A DNA stretch of 64,000 bases from an uncultured Gammaproteobacteria bacterium (lineage in GTDB: Bacteria; Patescibacteriota; Microgenomatia; Levybacterales; UBA12049): NCBI GenBank assembly GCA_964533055.1, contig CAZHKZ010000003.1:2483-66482 (forward strand). The letters run 5' to 3'. The translations under genes and the position numbers were made by a program. Below are positions 20,053-29,890 of the stretch, one piece after another. Numbering within the stretch: position 1 is the stretch's first letter; each line of letters opens with the position of its first letter. The notes under the pieces are model-generated. The model made no database searches. It had not been told where the DNA came from and worked only from the letters and a program-made list of their open reading frames with translations.

Positions 20053-20363
20053 AGTTCGCCTCCTTGAAGCGCAGAAGTCGTTCCTGAATTTTCAGGTGGC
20101 GTATCTAGCGGGAGCGTCTCAGTTGCACTGGGTGTTGCTTGTTCATCCGCAGATATTTTTCCATCTATCTGCTTTCTCTTCTTGAGAGAATTTATGACAT
20201 CGGTGTTGAATTTAGGATCGATTTCTTCGATGGATGCGTTTACCCTCTGGGAAATGGTTGAAGTTATTGCTTTTGTATATATCGCAACTGCAATCCAGAC
20301 TATTACCACAATAACTGATGGAACAAGGATGTAGAGTAGATTTTTTTGTGTTTTTTTATTCAT
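20049..20363 (-). CDS. Small single-TM protein downstream of pilO
   Basis: N-terminal TM; tightly coupled to both neighbours. Confidence 0.7.
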   Translation of the reverse strand: MNKKTQKNLLYILVPSVIVVIVWIAVAIYTKAITSTISQRVNASIEEIDPKFNTDVINSLKKRKQIDGKISADEQATPSATETLPLDTPPENSGTTSALQGGEL

Positions 20364-20365
20364 AG

Positions 20366-20983
20366 TTATGGCATATAGAATACTTTTGCCTGAAGGTATA
20401 GCCTGTATCCGTTAAGTTCTGTTGGGACCTGGAGAGAAATATTTTTGAAGGTTAGTAGGCGATCAAAATTAGTGATCTCAGTATAGAAATTGATCAGGTT
20501 GTCATATTCTCCCTGGGCCCCGATGATCATGTTAAATTGTGCCAGTTCGCCAACAGTAGCGGGCTGACTTAATGGGATGTTTGTGATCTGGAGCTGACTT
20601 AAGAAAACATTGTTGTCATTTGCGATTGTCCTCACTTTTGCAATAAGACTTGGCCCACTTGGCTCATTTGGAATTGCGGCATTTATATATTTCAGGTCTG
20701 ATGTAATTTGTGAATATTGACTTGAGAGATTGCTAAGGGAGGTGATCTTGACAGCAAGCTTGTCATGGACGAACTTGCTATCATCAAGTCTTTTTTGTAG
20801 CTCAAATATTGTGGTAAGTGTGGGCATGATCGCAAAAATAGCAAAGAAGATGAACGCAAAGAGTGACAAAATTATCGTTGCATAGTTCTGTGCTTTTTCC
20901 TCGCGAAGATTGATTTTTGAGCGAACTAGCTCGAGATATTTTTGTTTTGATAAATTAGTAAAGAATTCTTTTGATACTTTCAT
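20366..20983 (-). CDS. pilO: Type IV pilus assembly PilO-like protein
   Basis: TM, coiled coil, AAIPNEP, GEYDNLINF..RLL; start at ATG 20983 after TAA-T. Confidence 0.75.
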   Translation of the reverse strand: MKVSKEFFTNLSKQKYLELVRSKINLREEKAQNYATIILSLFAFIFFAIFAIMPTLTTIFELQKRLDDSKFVHDKLAVKITSLSNLSSQYSQITSDLKYINAAIPNEPSGPSLIAKVRTIANDNNVFLSQLQITNIPLSQPATVGELAQFNMIIGAQGEYDNLINFYTEITNFDRLLTFKNISLQVPTELNGYRLYLQAKVFYMP

Positions 20984-20984
20984 A

Positions 20985-21569
20985 TTATTTCCCTTGATTT
21001 GGCGGCAACGTCTCTTTGCCGCCTGTTTCTGGTAGAGTGATCTCTGCCGAGATCTGGGCGTCAATATCAGCAGTCTCAGTCTTGTTATCAATCCGATCGA
21101 TGCTTACTGTTGAGAGCTCTTTGAGGTTTTGAAGTGAGGTTACATATTTCTTAAGCGTCGCAACATCGGGGGCGGAAACAGTGAGCGAGATGCTCTTTTC
21201 ACCCAGTTGAATATTCGTGAACGTGATTGGGCTTTGCGTCAGTCCTGCGATTTTAGTAAAGATCTGCGGCGCAGCTTTTGACGCTTTATCTATAACCGAT
21301 GCATGGGTTAATTTGCTGATTAACACCCGGTATTTCGATTCATCTAGGGAAGATGCTTCAACGATCACACCTTGAGCTTTGATTTTGTCACTATAGTCAA
21401 CTATTTGCCTGTCTAGGTTGAATCTATAGAGGAACGCGCCAAGTGCAATTGTCTCAGTGAGAATGACTAAGAATCTGCCGCCTGTGATTGCCCATTTAAC
21501 AAATACATCAAGTGAAGTGGAATTCTGTTTTTTTATGAGATTGATTCGTAATTGAGCTTTGTTATCCAT
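20985..21569 (-). CDS. pilN: PilN-like protein
   Basis: INL motif, TM, coiled coil; directly upstream of pilO. Confidence 0.65.
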   Translation of the reverse strand: MDNKAQLRINLIKKQNSTSLDVFVKWAITGGRFLVILTETIALGAFLYRFNLDRQIVDYSDKIKAQGVIVEASSLDESKYRVLISKLTHASVIDKASKAAPQIFTKIAGLTQSPITFTNIQLGEKSISLTVSAPDVATLKKYVTSLQNLKELSTVSIDRIDNKTETADIDAQISAEITLPETGGKETLPPNQGK

Positions 21570-21722
21570 GGCAGAAGGATCGTAGTTACTTCATCCCAAA
21601 TTTAATCGGGAAACGCAAAAAAAAGCTGAAGCTTTTACCAGCCTTATTTCAGTCTAGGTATTTAGGAGAAAAATGTCAAAGAAATTCGTAGCTATTTTCA
21701 TCTGGAAAGAGCGAGCAGAGTG

Positions 21723-21731
21723 TGGTATACT
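21723..21731 (+). promoter_or_regulatory. Extended -10 promoter of fusA
   Basis: TGgTATACT. Confidence 0.6.
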
Positions 21732-21776
21732 AAGTTTCGTTCGAAATCGCACAAGCGATCTTCGGATTTTTACTAT

Positions 21777-23885
21777 ATGGCTGAAAAGACACAAAAAGTT
21801 ACACTAGACAAGATCCGCAATATTGGAATTATCGCGCATATTGACGCGGGTAAGACCACTACCACTGAAAGAATTCTTTTCTACACAGGCAGAACATACA
21901 AGATTGGAGATATTGATGATGGTAATACTCAGATGGACTGGATGGAGCAGGAGAAAGAGCGAGGAATCACCATTGTTTCTGCTGCAACAACCACATTCTG
22001 GAAAGATCACAGAATCAATATTATTGATACGCCAGGCCACGTAGATTTTACTGCTGAAGTTGAACGCTCACTACGCGTACTTGATGGCGGTATTACCGTC
22101 CTTGATGCCGAAGAGGGAGTTCAATCCCAGTCAGAAACAGTGTGGAGACAGGCTGACAAGTATAAGGTTCCACGTATTTGTTTTGTCAATAAAATGGACA
22201 AGCTCGGGGCAGACTTTCTTGCAACAGTAAAGAGTATCGAGGATAGGCTTGGTGCAAATCCTGCAATTATGGTAATCCCAATTGGCGCAGAGGATACTTA
22301 TGTTGGTAACGTTGACCTTCTTTCTAGGCAGTCAATCATCTGGAATTCAGAAGAGCTTGGCGCAACATTTGAAGTTAAGGATGAAGTTCCTGAAGACTTG
22401 AAGGCAAAGGTTGAGGAATATCGCTCAAAGCTTATCGAGAAGATCTCCGAAACAGATGATGCGCTTCTAGAAAAGTACCTTGGCGGTGAGGAGCCAACCG
22501 TGGAGGAATTAAAGAAAGCTCTTCGAGCTGCAGTTATTTCCTACAAGCTCGTTCCTATTTATGCAGGCACATCGCTTCGCAATAAAGGTGTTCAGCCGCT
22601 TCTTGATGCTGTTATCGACTATCTTCCATCCCCAGTTGATCTTAAAGAGGTAAAGGGAATTAATCCAAAGACAGAAGCTGAGGAGATTCGCCAACTCGTT
22701 CCTGATGCGCCATTTAGTGGACTTGCGTTTAAGATTCAGAATGATCCTCACGTTGGTAAGCTCACATATTTCCGTGTTTATTCTGGTCAGATTAATTCTG
22801 GATCATATATCTACAACAGTACAAAGGGCGTAAAAGAAAGAGTTGGAAGACTCTTAATGATGCATGCTAATGAGCGTGAAGAAATCAAAGAAGGATATGC
22901 TGGAGAAATTGTAGCTATTGTTGGGCTTAAGGATACTGGTACTGGCGATACGCTTTGTGACGAAGCAACCCCAATTGTTCTTGAAAAAATCTCATTCCCA
23001 GACCCTGTTATTTCTCTTGCGATTGAGCCTCAGACAAAGTCAGATCAGGAAAAACTTGGCTATGCGCTTAAGCGTCTAACTGAAGAGGATCCAACATTCT
23101 CAGTTAAGTCCAACCCAGAAACAGGTCAGACAATCATTTCAGGTATTGGCGAGCTTCAGCTCGAAGTTATGGTTGATCGTATGAAGAGAGAGTTTAATGT
23201 GATTGCAAATGTTGGTGCTCCACAGGTTGCGTACAAAGAATCTTTTGCAAATACAGTTCAGGCAGAAGGTAAATACATTAAGCAGTCCGGAGGACGTGGA
23301 CAGTTCGGACACTGCTGGCTTCGTGTTGAGCCAAAGGCAAGGGGCGAGGGCAATGAGTTTGTGAGCGAGATCAAGGGTGGAGCTATTCCAGCTGAGTTCG
23401 TTCGCGCAGTTGAGAAGGGTGTTTGGGAGACGCTTGAAAATGGAGTTCTTCTTGGATATCCAGTAGTTGACGTTAAAGTTGCCTGTTATGACGGTTCATA
23501 TCATGATGTCGATTCATCTGAGGTAGCATTTAAGATCGCAGCATCACAGGCATTGCAAGCTGCATCAAAGATGACAGAGATGAATCTCCTTGAACCTATC
23601 ATGAAGGTCGAGGTTACAACTCCATCTGAATTCATGGGAGATGTAATGGGAGATCTTTCAAGTAAGAGAGGTCAGATCTTGGGAACTGAGGAGCGATCAA
23701 GAGCTACTATCATTAACGCGCTTGTGCCACTTTCTGAATTATCTGGATATGCAACACAGATCAGATCTATGTCCCAAGGTCGTGCGAGTTACTACATGGA
23801 ACCAAGTCACTATGATGTTGTGCCACGAAATCTCGTTGAGCAAATGGTTGCAAAGTCTACCTTCACAGGTCGCGTCGAAGCATAA
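21777..23885 (+). CDS. fusA: Elongation factor G
   Basis: [39 protein letters not shown]; start at ATG 21777. Confidence 0.98.
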   Translation: MAEKTQKVTLDKIRNIGIIAHIDAGKTTTTERILFYTGRTYKIGDIDDGNTQMDWMEQEKERGITIVSAATTTFWKDHRINIIDTPGHVDFTAEVERSLRVLDGGITVLDAEEGVQSQSETVWRQADKYKVPRICFVNKMDKLGADFLATVKSIEDRLGANPAIMVIPIGAEDTYVGNVDLLSRQSIIWNSEELGATFEVKDEVPEDLKAKVEEYRSKLIEKISETDDALLEKYLGGEEPTVEELKKALRAAVISYKLVPIYAGTSLRNKGVQPLLDAVIDYLPSPVDLKEVKGINPKTEAEEIRQLVPDAPFSGLAFKIQNDPHVGKLTYFRVYSGQINSGSYIYNSTKGVKERVGRLLMMHANEREEIKEGYAGEIVAIVGLKDTGTGDTLCDEATPIVLEKISFPDPVISLAIEPQTKSDQEKLGYALKRLTEEDPTFSVKSNPETGQTIISGIGELQLEVMVDRMKREFNVIANVGAPQVAYKESFANTVQAEGKYIKQSGGRGQFGHCWLRVEPKARGEGNEFVSEIKGGAIPAEFVRAVEKGVWETLENGVLLGYPVVDVKVACYDGSYHDVDSSEVAFKIAASQALQAASKMTEMNLLEPIMKVEVTTPSEFMGDVMGDLSSKRGQILGTEERSRATIINALVPLSELSGYATQIRSMSQGRASYYMEPSHYDVVPRNLVEQMVAKSTFTGRVEA

Positions 23886-23887
23886 AG

Positions 23888-23916
23888 TTGCACTTATCTC
23901 CCCCGTTCGCTACTAT
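23888..23916 (+). promoter_or_regulatory. Sigma70-type promoter of ddl
   Basis: TTGCAC-N17-TACTAT, 8 nt before ATG. Confidence 0.55.
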
Positions 23917-23924
23917 ACTTTCTC

Positions 23925-24986
23925 ATGAAAAAGATCCGCGTTGGTATTCTTTTTGGCGGGCAGTCTGCTGAGCACGAGGTCTCTATCCGTTCGGCTAAGA
24001 ATGTCTATGATGCTCTTGATAAGTCTAAGTATGAGCCAGTTCTCATTGGCATTAGCAAAAAAGGCGAATGGCTCACCCTTCCTACCACATATTTTCTTCA
24101 AGGAGATTCAAAAGAATATGCGTTACCTGAAAAATCATCTCCTCAAACACCTCTTTCAGTAGATATTGTTTATAAGCAAAATATTGATGTTGTTTTCCCA
24201 GTCTTGCATGGGCCGATGGGTGAGGATGGGACCGTACAGGGAATGCTCAAACTCCTAGGCATTCCATTTGTAGGTCCAGGAGTGTTGAGCTCGGCCGTTA
24301 GCATGGATAAAGATGTAGCAAAAAGATTGCTGCGTGATGCGGGAATCCCAATCGTTCCTTTCCTCGTATTTCGATACTTAGAAAAGGGAAAGATCTCATT
24401 TGAGGCAATAAAAAAGGGGCTAGGTCTTCCCTTTTTCGTAAAGCCTGCCAATCTAGGCTCATCTGTTGGAGTATACAAGGTTCACTCAGAAAATGAATTT
24501 GATAATGCTATCAAAGATGCTTTTGCATATGATCAAAAAATCTTAATTGAAAAAGGAATAAATGCACGTGAAATTGAATGTGGCGTGCTTGGAAATGAAG
24601 AGATGAAAGCGTCGGTACTTGGAGAGATCATTCCACACCATGAATTTTATGACTATGCTGCAAAATATCTCGATGAAGAAGGGGCAGGTCTGCAGATTCC
24701 GGCAGAACTGGCACAAGAGCATGTAAAAATGATCCAGGATTTGGCGATAAAGACATGTAGGGCATTGGGGGTTGAGGGGATGGCGAGAGTAGACTTCTTT
24801 TTAGACAGAGATACCTCGGAGGTCTATGTAAATGAGATAAATACGATCCCAGGCTTTACGAGTATAAGTATGTATCCTAAGTTGTGGCAAGAAAGTGGAG
24901 TGTCCTACCAAGAGCTGGTTAATCAGCTGATCTCGCTTGCGATGGCTCGACAAAGTCGTGAAGATAGCCTAAGCACAACAAGATAA
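23925..24986 (+). CDS. ddl: D-alanine-D-alanine ligase
   Basis: FGGQSAEHEVS, LHGPMGEDG, GSSVG, FYDYAAKY, NEINTIPG. Confidence 0.96.
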   Translation: MKKIRVGILFGGQSAEHEVSIRSAKNVYDALDKSKYEPVLIGISKKGEWLTLPTTYFLQGDSKEYALPEKSSPQTPLSVDIVYKQNIDVVFPVLHGPMGEDGTVQGMLKLLGIPFVGPGVLSSAVSMDKDVAKRLLRDAGIPIVPFLVFRYLEKGKISFEAIKKGLGLPFFVKPANLGSSVGVYKVHSENEFDNAIKDAFAYDQKILIEKGINAREIECGVLGNEEMKASVLGEIIPHHEFYDYAAKYLDEEGAGLQIPAELAQEHVKMIQDLAIKTCRALGVEGMARVDFFLDRDTSEVYVNEINTIPGFTSISMYPKLWQESGVSYQELVNQLISLAMARQSREDSLSTTR

Positions 24987-25015
24987 TTGTTCCCCTATGC
25001 TACAATTGTCGATAT

Positions 25016-26188
25016 ATGGCGCGAAAGAAAATTAGTGAATTTAAGGCAAAGAGTCTCGTGCTTTCAGCATTAAGTATCCCCTATCAAGGCATCTCTCTTC
25101 AAAAAGGTGATACCACTCCCCTCTCATCGCTTGATGAAAATAAGAAATATGTTCTCAAAGTGGATCAGGGTATTAAGAAGCGATTCAAGCTCGGTCTTGT
25201 TGCTCTTAATATCTCAAAGACTGAAATTGAGGGCGTAATGAATGACTTGGCTGAGAAAGGATATCAGTCTTTTATTCTTGAGGAGTATTTAGAGCATGAT
25301 CAAAAGGAGGAGCGATATCTTTCATTTGAGAGAACAAGGGACGGAATCACGTTTATGGCTTCAAGAAGCGGCGGTGTCACAGTTGAAGACAATATGGGCC
25401 AAATTAAAAAGTTTACTCTCCCTCATCAGACACATGATGCGGCTGAATATCTGGAGCTACCTGAGGATATTTTACGCAAGATTGTTCAATGCATGGATAG
25501 GCTTCATATCTCTTTTCTTGAAATTAACCCACTTGTTGTTAGCAATAATGACCTCACTTTTCTCGATATGGCGATTGAGGTTGATGATGCGGGAGAATTT
25601 TTCGTTGAGAAGGCTTGGGTCTCTGAGGATTTTGTAGTTGAGGCAGGTAGCAAGACAAAAGAAGAAGAGGCTATTGAGGAATTGTCATCCAAGAGTCAGG
25701 CATCATTTAGGCTCGTGGTCCTCAATCCGAATGGGTCAATATTTATGCTACTTTCTGGAGGTGGAGCGAGCATTGTGTTAGCAGATGAGGTTTATAACGT
25801 CGGTCAAGGCAAAGAGCTCGCTAATTATGGAGAGTATAGTGGCAATCCAAATGCAGAGGAGACATATCTCTATACAAAAGAGATACTAAGCCTCCTTTTA
25901 TCATCCAGTGCGAGTAATAAAAAGCTGATAATCGCAGGTGGAGTTGCTAATTTTACCGATATTCGCATTACGTTTAAAGGAGTGATCAAGGCAATTGCTG
26001 ATGTAAAAACAATGCTTTCAGAGCAGGGTGTCAAAGTCTTCGTCAGACGAGGTGGCCCATTTGAAAAAGAGGGGCTACAGATGATTGAAGACTTTCTCAA
26101 AAAAGAAAACCTCTATGGATTTGTTACTGGCCCAAATCTCCCTTTAACAGAGATAGTTGAGAAAGCGATAGGTGGTGCTCATGCTTAA
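25016..26188 (+). CDS. aclB: ATP-citrate lyase beta subunit
   Basis: KVDQGIKKRFKLGLV, LEINPL, GGGAS, LANYGEYSGNP, IAGGVANFT, VRRGGP. Confidence 0.9.
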   Translation: MARKKISEFKAKSLVLSALSIPYQGISLQKGDTTPLSSLDENKKYVLKVDQGIKKRFKLGLVALNISKTEIEGVMNDLAEKGYQSFILEEYLEHDQKEERYLSFERTRDGITFMASRSGGVTVEDNMGQIKKFTLPHQTHDAAEYLELPEDILRKIVQCMDRLHISFLEINPLVVSNNDLTFLDMAIEVDDAGEFFVEKAWVSEDFVVEAGSKTKEEEAIEELSSKSQASFRLVVLNPNGSIFMLLSGGGASIVLADEVYNVGQGKELANYGEYSGNPNAEETYLYTKEILSLLLSSSASNKKLIIAGGVANFTDIRITFKGVIKAIADVKTMLSEQGVKVFVRRGGPFEKEGLQMIEDFLKKENLYGFVTGPNLPLTEIVEKAIGGAHA

Positions 26189-27983
26189 CATAGAAGAACT
26201 TCGAAAGGCAGACATTGGCATTCTTTTTATCGGAAGCCACCCAGGTATTATCCAGTCAATATTGGATTTTGACTATTTGTCCGGTAAGTCTGCTCCAAGC
26301 GTCCTTGCTGTTATCGCGACAAATAGGAAGTACGAGAAGTATTTTTTTGGTTCGAAAGAGGTGCTCATCCCCGTTTATGAATCGTGTTCTGCGATCCCAG
26401 AGTCTCGCTCAAAAGACATAACATTGTTTTACAATGTTACATCAGCAAGAAGAGTACTGACTTCTTCAAAGGATGCGTTCTTGACGATTCCGTCAATTAA
26501 GCTTGGAGTTATTTTTGCAGAAGATGTTCCAGAGGAGCACTCGCTACTTTTGCGTGACTTCATTCTTGAGAGAAAGAAGACCTTGTTGGGTCCAGCAAGC
26601 GTTGGTCTTTTATTGCCAGGAATTCTAAAGTTAGGTGCGATTGGTGGCGTTGACTATAGACAGTTGATAGCCTCACATGTCTTTGAGATGGGCGATACAG
26701 CAGTCTTTTCTGCCTCAGGAGGAATGACAAATGAGATTATTCGAATTGTATCGCTTAATCAGAAGAGGCTGAGTTTTGCTCTTTCATTTGGTGGAGATCG
26801 CTTCCCAGTTCTTACCCCGGAAGATGCATTTTTGGCAGCTGAGAATGATCCTGCTACAAAAATGATCGTTTATTTTGGTGAACTAGGAGGGACCGATGAA
26901 TATGCCCTCATTGAGCTTATGAGGGAGAAAAAAATCACAAAGCCAATTGTCTGCTATATCGGTGGAGTAGTAGCTGAACTTTTTGAGACTCCCCCACAGT
27001 TTGGACACGCAAAAGCCATGGCGCAAAAAGGAGAGGAAACAGCTCGGGCAAAAAGAGATGCACTGAGGATGGCGGGTGCGAAGGTGGCGGAGTCATTTGC
27101 TGACTTTATTGAATATATTGGCAAGGGTGAGGTTTCAAAAGATTCTGAATTTGAGTATACTAACCGTATGGACGACTTACAGGATCGCAAGCATGCGCTC
27201 ATAACAACAACAATTTCAAATGATGAACGTGGAGAAGTACAGGTGCTCGGAGAGCCTCTTCTAAACTTTGTCTCAAGTAGGCCATTTGCTTCAATTGTAA
27301 GTTCGATGTTCTTGGGTAAAAAAACAATCTCTAAAGAACTTGAAGAATTTGTAGACTTTACTCTAAGGCTTCTAGTTGAACATGGCCCATATGTTTCAGG
27401 TTCTGTTAATACAATTGTGACGGCAAGAGCAGGTCGCGATCTCGTCTCATCCCTCGCTACAGGCCTCCTGACAATCGGGCCACGCTTTGGTGGAGCCATC
27501 AATCAAGCAGCAAGTAATTGGATTGCTGGAGTAAAGGACGGGAAAGATCCCAGTGAATTTGTCGAAGAATTTGCGAGCAAGAAAGAATATATCTCAGGCA
27601 TTGGACATCGAAAGTATAGGGTCGATGCTCCAGATCCTCGTGTAGCAAAATTACTCTCATTCACAGACTCACTTACTGAGAAAAAATATAGCTCTTTTGC
27701 GAAGAGCGTTGAGAAGGTCACTGTGGCAAAAAAAGGCAATCTTATTCTCAATGTCGATGGTGCGATAGCTGCTATTCTTTTGGATATTCTTTCTGAGAAA
27801 GAAGGTATGAAGACCGAGGAGTTGGATAATCTAGTAAAGACAGAGTTTTTTAACGCCCTCTTTGTCCTTTCAAGGAGTGTTGGATTTATCTCTCACTTCT
27901 TAGATCAAAAGAGAATTGATGAAGGCCTTTTTAGACTTGATGAAGAGCATGTTACTTATGCAAAGGACCTCTTTAACGAATAG
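26181..27983 (+). CDS. aclA: ATP-citrate lyase alpha subunit
   Basis: GPASVG, SGGMTNE, GGDRFP, GELGG, QFGHA phospho-His, EHGP, IGPRFGGA, GIGHR, LNVDG. Confidence 0.92.
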   Translation: MLNIEELRKADIGILFIGSHPGIIQSILDFDYLSGKSAPSVLAVIATNRKYEKYFFGSKEVLIPVYESCSAIPESRSKDITLFYNVTSARRVLTSSKDAFLTIPSIKLGVIFAEDVPEEHSLLLRDFILERKKTLLGPASVGLLLPGILKLGAIGGVDYRQLIASHVFEMGDTAVFSASGGMTNEIIRIVSLNQKRLSFALSFGGDRFPVLTPEDAFLAAENDPATKMIVYFGELGGTDEYALIELMREKKITKPIVCYIGGVVAELFETPPQFGHAKAMAQKGEETARAKRDALRMAGAKVAESFADFIEYIGKGEVSKDSEFEYTNRMDDLQDRKHALITTTISNDERGEVQVLGEPLLNFVSSRPFASIVSSMFLGKKTISKELEEFVDFTLRLLVEHGPYVSGSVNTIVTARAGRDLVSSLATGLLTIGPRFGGAINQAASNWIAGVKDGKDPSEFVEEFASKKEYISGIGHRKYRVDAPDPRVAKLLSFTDSLTEKKYSSFAKSVEKVTVAKKGNLILNVDGAIAAILLDILSEKEGMKTEELDNLVKTEFFNALFVLSRSVGFISHFLDQKRIDEGLFRLDEEHVTYAKDLFNE

Positions 27984-27989
27984 GATTTG

Positions 27990-28727
27990 ATGTTAGAAGA
28001 AAGTCTACACTCCCAAGAAGATCCTCAAAGACTCATCGATTCTTTCGTGCGTCCGATCTGGTATCACGAACTTTTGACTGATCAGACTCGGAGTCTGCGA
28101 GATCAAGCAAAAACAGGTGTAGAAGATGTACTCATGGGTAGTCATATTGGGCTCGATTCTGTGATTGCAATTCCAACAGGAGGCTCCCGTTGGACACTAG
28201 AAGGCAATGATCCGATTCATTATCAATTTCTTTTTCTAGATGACGCACCTCCATTAGATGATGTGAGGCACGCACTTACAGATAATTGGATATTGCCTCG
28301 AGATTGGGATAGTTCTGAGCGTGCAATCAGCCACTTGGAGAGATCAAATGCACTTAAAGCTCTTATGATTACTCCAGATGATTTTGTTGTAGGCAACGTA
28401 GAAAAAGCAAGAGAGCTGCGATTGAAGGCCTTGAAAAAAGGTGGTAAAGGCTGGTGGCATGATGGTGTTACAGATTACGTGGATAAGAAGGTCAATACAT
28501 GGGGGAAGCCTAAGAACGATTTAGATATGGGTAAATTGAGATTTAGGCGAGCTTTGGATCAGAGACTTGCTGGAGAGTCGTCTCCAAAAGAGTGGGAGAA
28601 GGGGTTTTTTGAGAGACTAAAGAATAGGAGAGTTCCAACATACTCGGAATACTCGCATGCGCTTGAGCAGCTCGGAGGAGCAATAGATTGTCCAGAAAAT
28701 CGCAATATTGTCGATCCTCACGTATAA
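27990..28727 (+). CDS. Hypothetical protein
   Basis: 245-aa ORF filling the aclA-GH18 gap; no recognised family. Confidence 0.65.
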   Translation: MLEESLHSQEDPQRLIDSFVRPIWYHELLTDQTRSLRDQAKTGVEDVLMGSHIGLDSVIAIPTGGSRWTLEGNDPIHYQFLFLDDAPPLDDVRHALTDNWILPRDWDSSERAISHLERSNALKALMITPDDFVVGNVEKARELRLKALKKGGKGWWHDGVTDYVDKKVNTWGKPKNDLDMGKLRFRRALDQRLAGESSPKEWEKGFFERLKNRRVPTYSEYSHALEQLGGAIDCPENRNIVDPHV

Positions 28728-28736
28728 TACGAGTGT

Positions 28737-29825
28737 ATGAGGCGTCTTCTCATTGGTATTATTCTGCTGGTCATCGCTGCGTTATCCGTCTTTCTAAGTC
28801 TTAGATTTGTTCGGTCAAAAATTGACAGCATTATGACTTCACCTTCTAGCGTGCTCTCATCTCCTACTCCAGGGGTTAAGGCTATCCCCACAACTCGCTC
28901 TGACTCATCGCTCTTTGTGCCCTACTGGACCTTGGATGAGGGAAATTTTGCTTTGGATCCGTACAAAAGCTATATCTATTTTGGTATCACATCTGGGAGT
29001 GATGGTATCAATAAACAAGAAGATGGCTACAAGAATCTGAAGACGTTCTCTAAGGCTGCATCCGGCAAGCGAACGCTTTTGGCCCTGAGGATGATTGATA
29101 ATAAGGTCACAACGCCCGTCCTTAAGGATAAGAAGAAGCAGGAGAAGATCATCAATGATGCTATTTTTGTCGCACATGAGTTTGGTTTTGACGGGATAGT
29201 TATGGATCTTGAGGTATCAGGACTTCCTTTTACCTCATTGATAGATCAAATTACATCTTTCAACAAGGATTTTTACGAAAAAGCCAAGGCAGCAAGGCTG
29301 AGTTATAGCATTACTGCGTACGGCGATACATTTTATCGGGTAAGACCATTCTCAATTGAAGAGCTTGAGAAGTCATCAGACATGATCTATGTCATGGCGT
29401 ATGATTTTCATAAAGCCAATGGTAATCCTGGTCCCAATTTCCCCCTAGCAGGGTCTGATACGTATGGATATGACTATAAGCGGATGGTGGGGAGCTTTTT
29501 GGATGCTGTTCCTGCTCACAAGCTCACTTTCATATTTGGTATGTATGGCTATGATTGGGTGATTGATGAGGGTGGTAAGGCAAAAGATGCTGGAACTGCT
29601 ATTTCTCTCAAAGAGACGAATGCATCTCTTCTTGATGACTGCAATTATACTACTTGTAAGTGGGAGAGGGAGGGTGGCTCATCTGAAATTATGATTGAAT
29701 ACTCGGACGGCGATACAAAACATATTGTTTGGACTGAGGACGAAGAATCGACTAAGCGCAAGAAGGAATATCTTCAGAAAATGGGCATAGGCTCATTTGC
29801 CTACTGGGCCTACTCGTATTTTTAG
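28737..29825 (+). CDS. Membrane-anchored GH18-family glycoside hydrolase
   Basis: N-terminal TM; FDGIVMDLE, VMAYDF, YGYDW, AYW. Confidence 0.85.
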   Translation: MRRLLIGIILLVIAALSVFLSLRFVRSKIDSIMTSPSSVLSSPTPGVKAIPTTRSDSSLFVPYWTLDEGNFALDPYKSYIYFGITSGSDGINKQEDGYKNLKTFSKAASGKRTLLALRMIDNKVTTPVLKDKKKQEKIINDAIFVAHEFGFDGIVMDLEVSGLPFTSLIDQITSFNKDFYEKAKAARLSYSITAYGDTFYRVRPFSIEELEKSSDMIYVMAYDFHKANGNPGPNFPLAGSDTYGYDYKRMVGSFLDAVPAHKLTFIFGMYGYDWVIDEGGKAKDAGTAISLKETNASLLDDCNYTTCKWEREGGSSEIMIEYSDGDTKHIVWTEDEESTKRKKEYLQKMGIGSFAYWAYSYF

Positions 29826-29844
29826 GCACGTTCATGCCTAGAAA
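29820..29844. terminator. Hairpin at end of GH18 gene, possible terminator
   Basis: TTTTAGGCA-CGTTCA-TGCCTAGAAA. Confidence 0.4.
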
Positions 29845-29861
29845 TAGGGGTGTTTAGGGTA

Positions 29862-29890
29862 TTGACGCTTTTTCTAGAATGTAGTATCAT
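29862..29890 (+). promoter_or_regulatory. Sigma70 promoter of tuf-S10 operon
   Basis: TTGACG-N17-TATCAT. Confidence 0.75.

Noticed and set aside
21590-21660. Possible c-di-GMP riboswitch near pilN (GGGAAACGCAAA)
   Set aside because: Wrong strand for pilN and lacks the GEMM two-stem architecture; only a weak hairpin and a terminator-like A-run are present.
23925-24986. VanA-type D-Ala-D-Lac ligase
   Set aside because: The omega loop FYDYAAKY is of the D-Ala-D-Ala type and there are no van neighbours.
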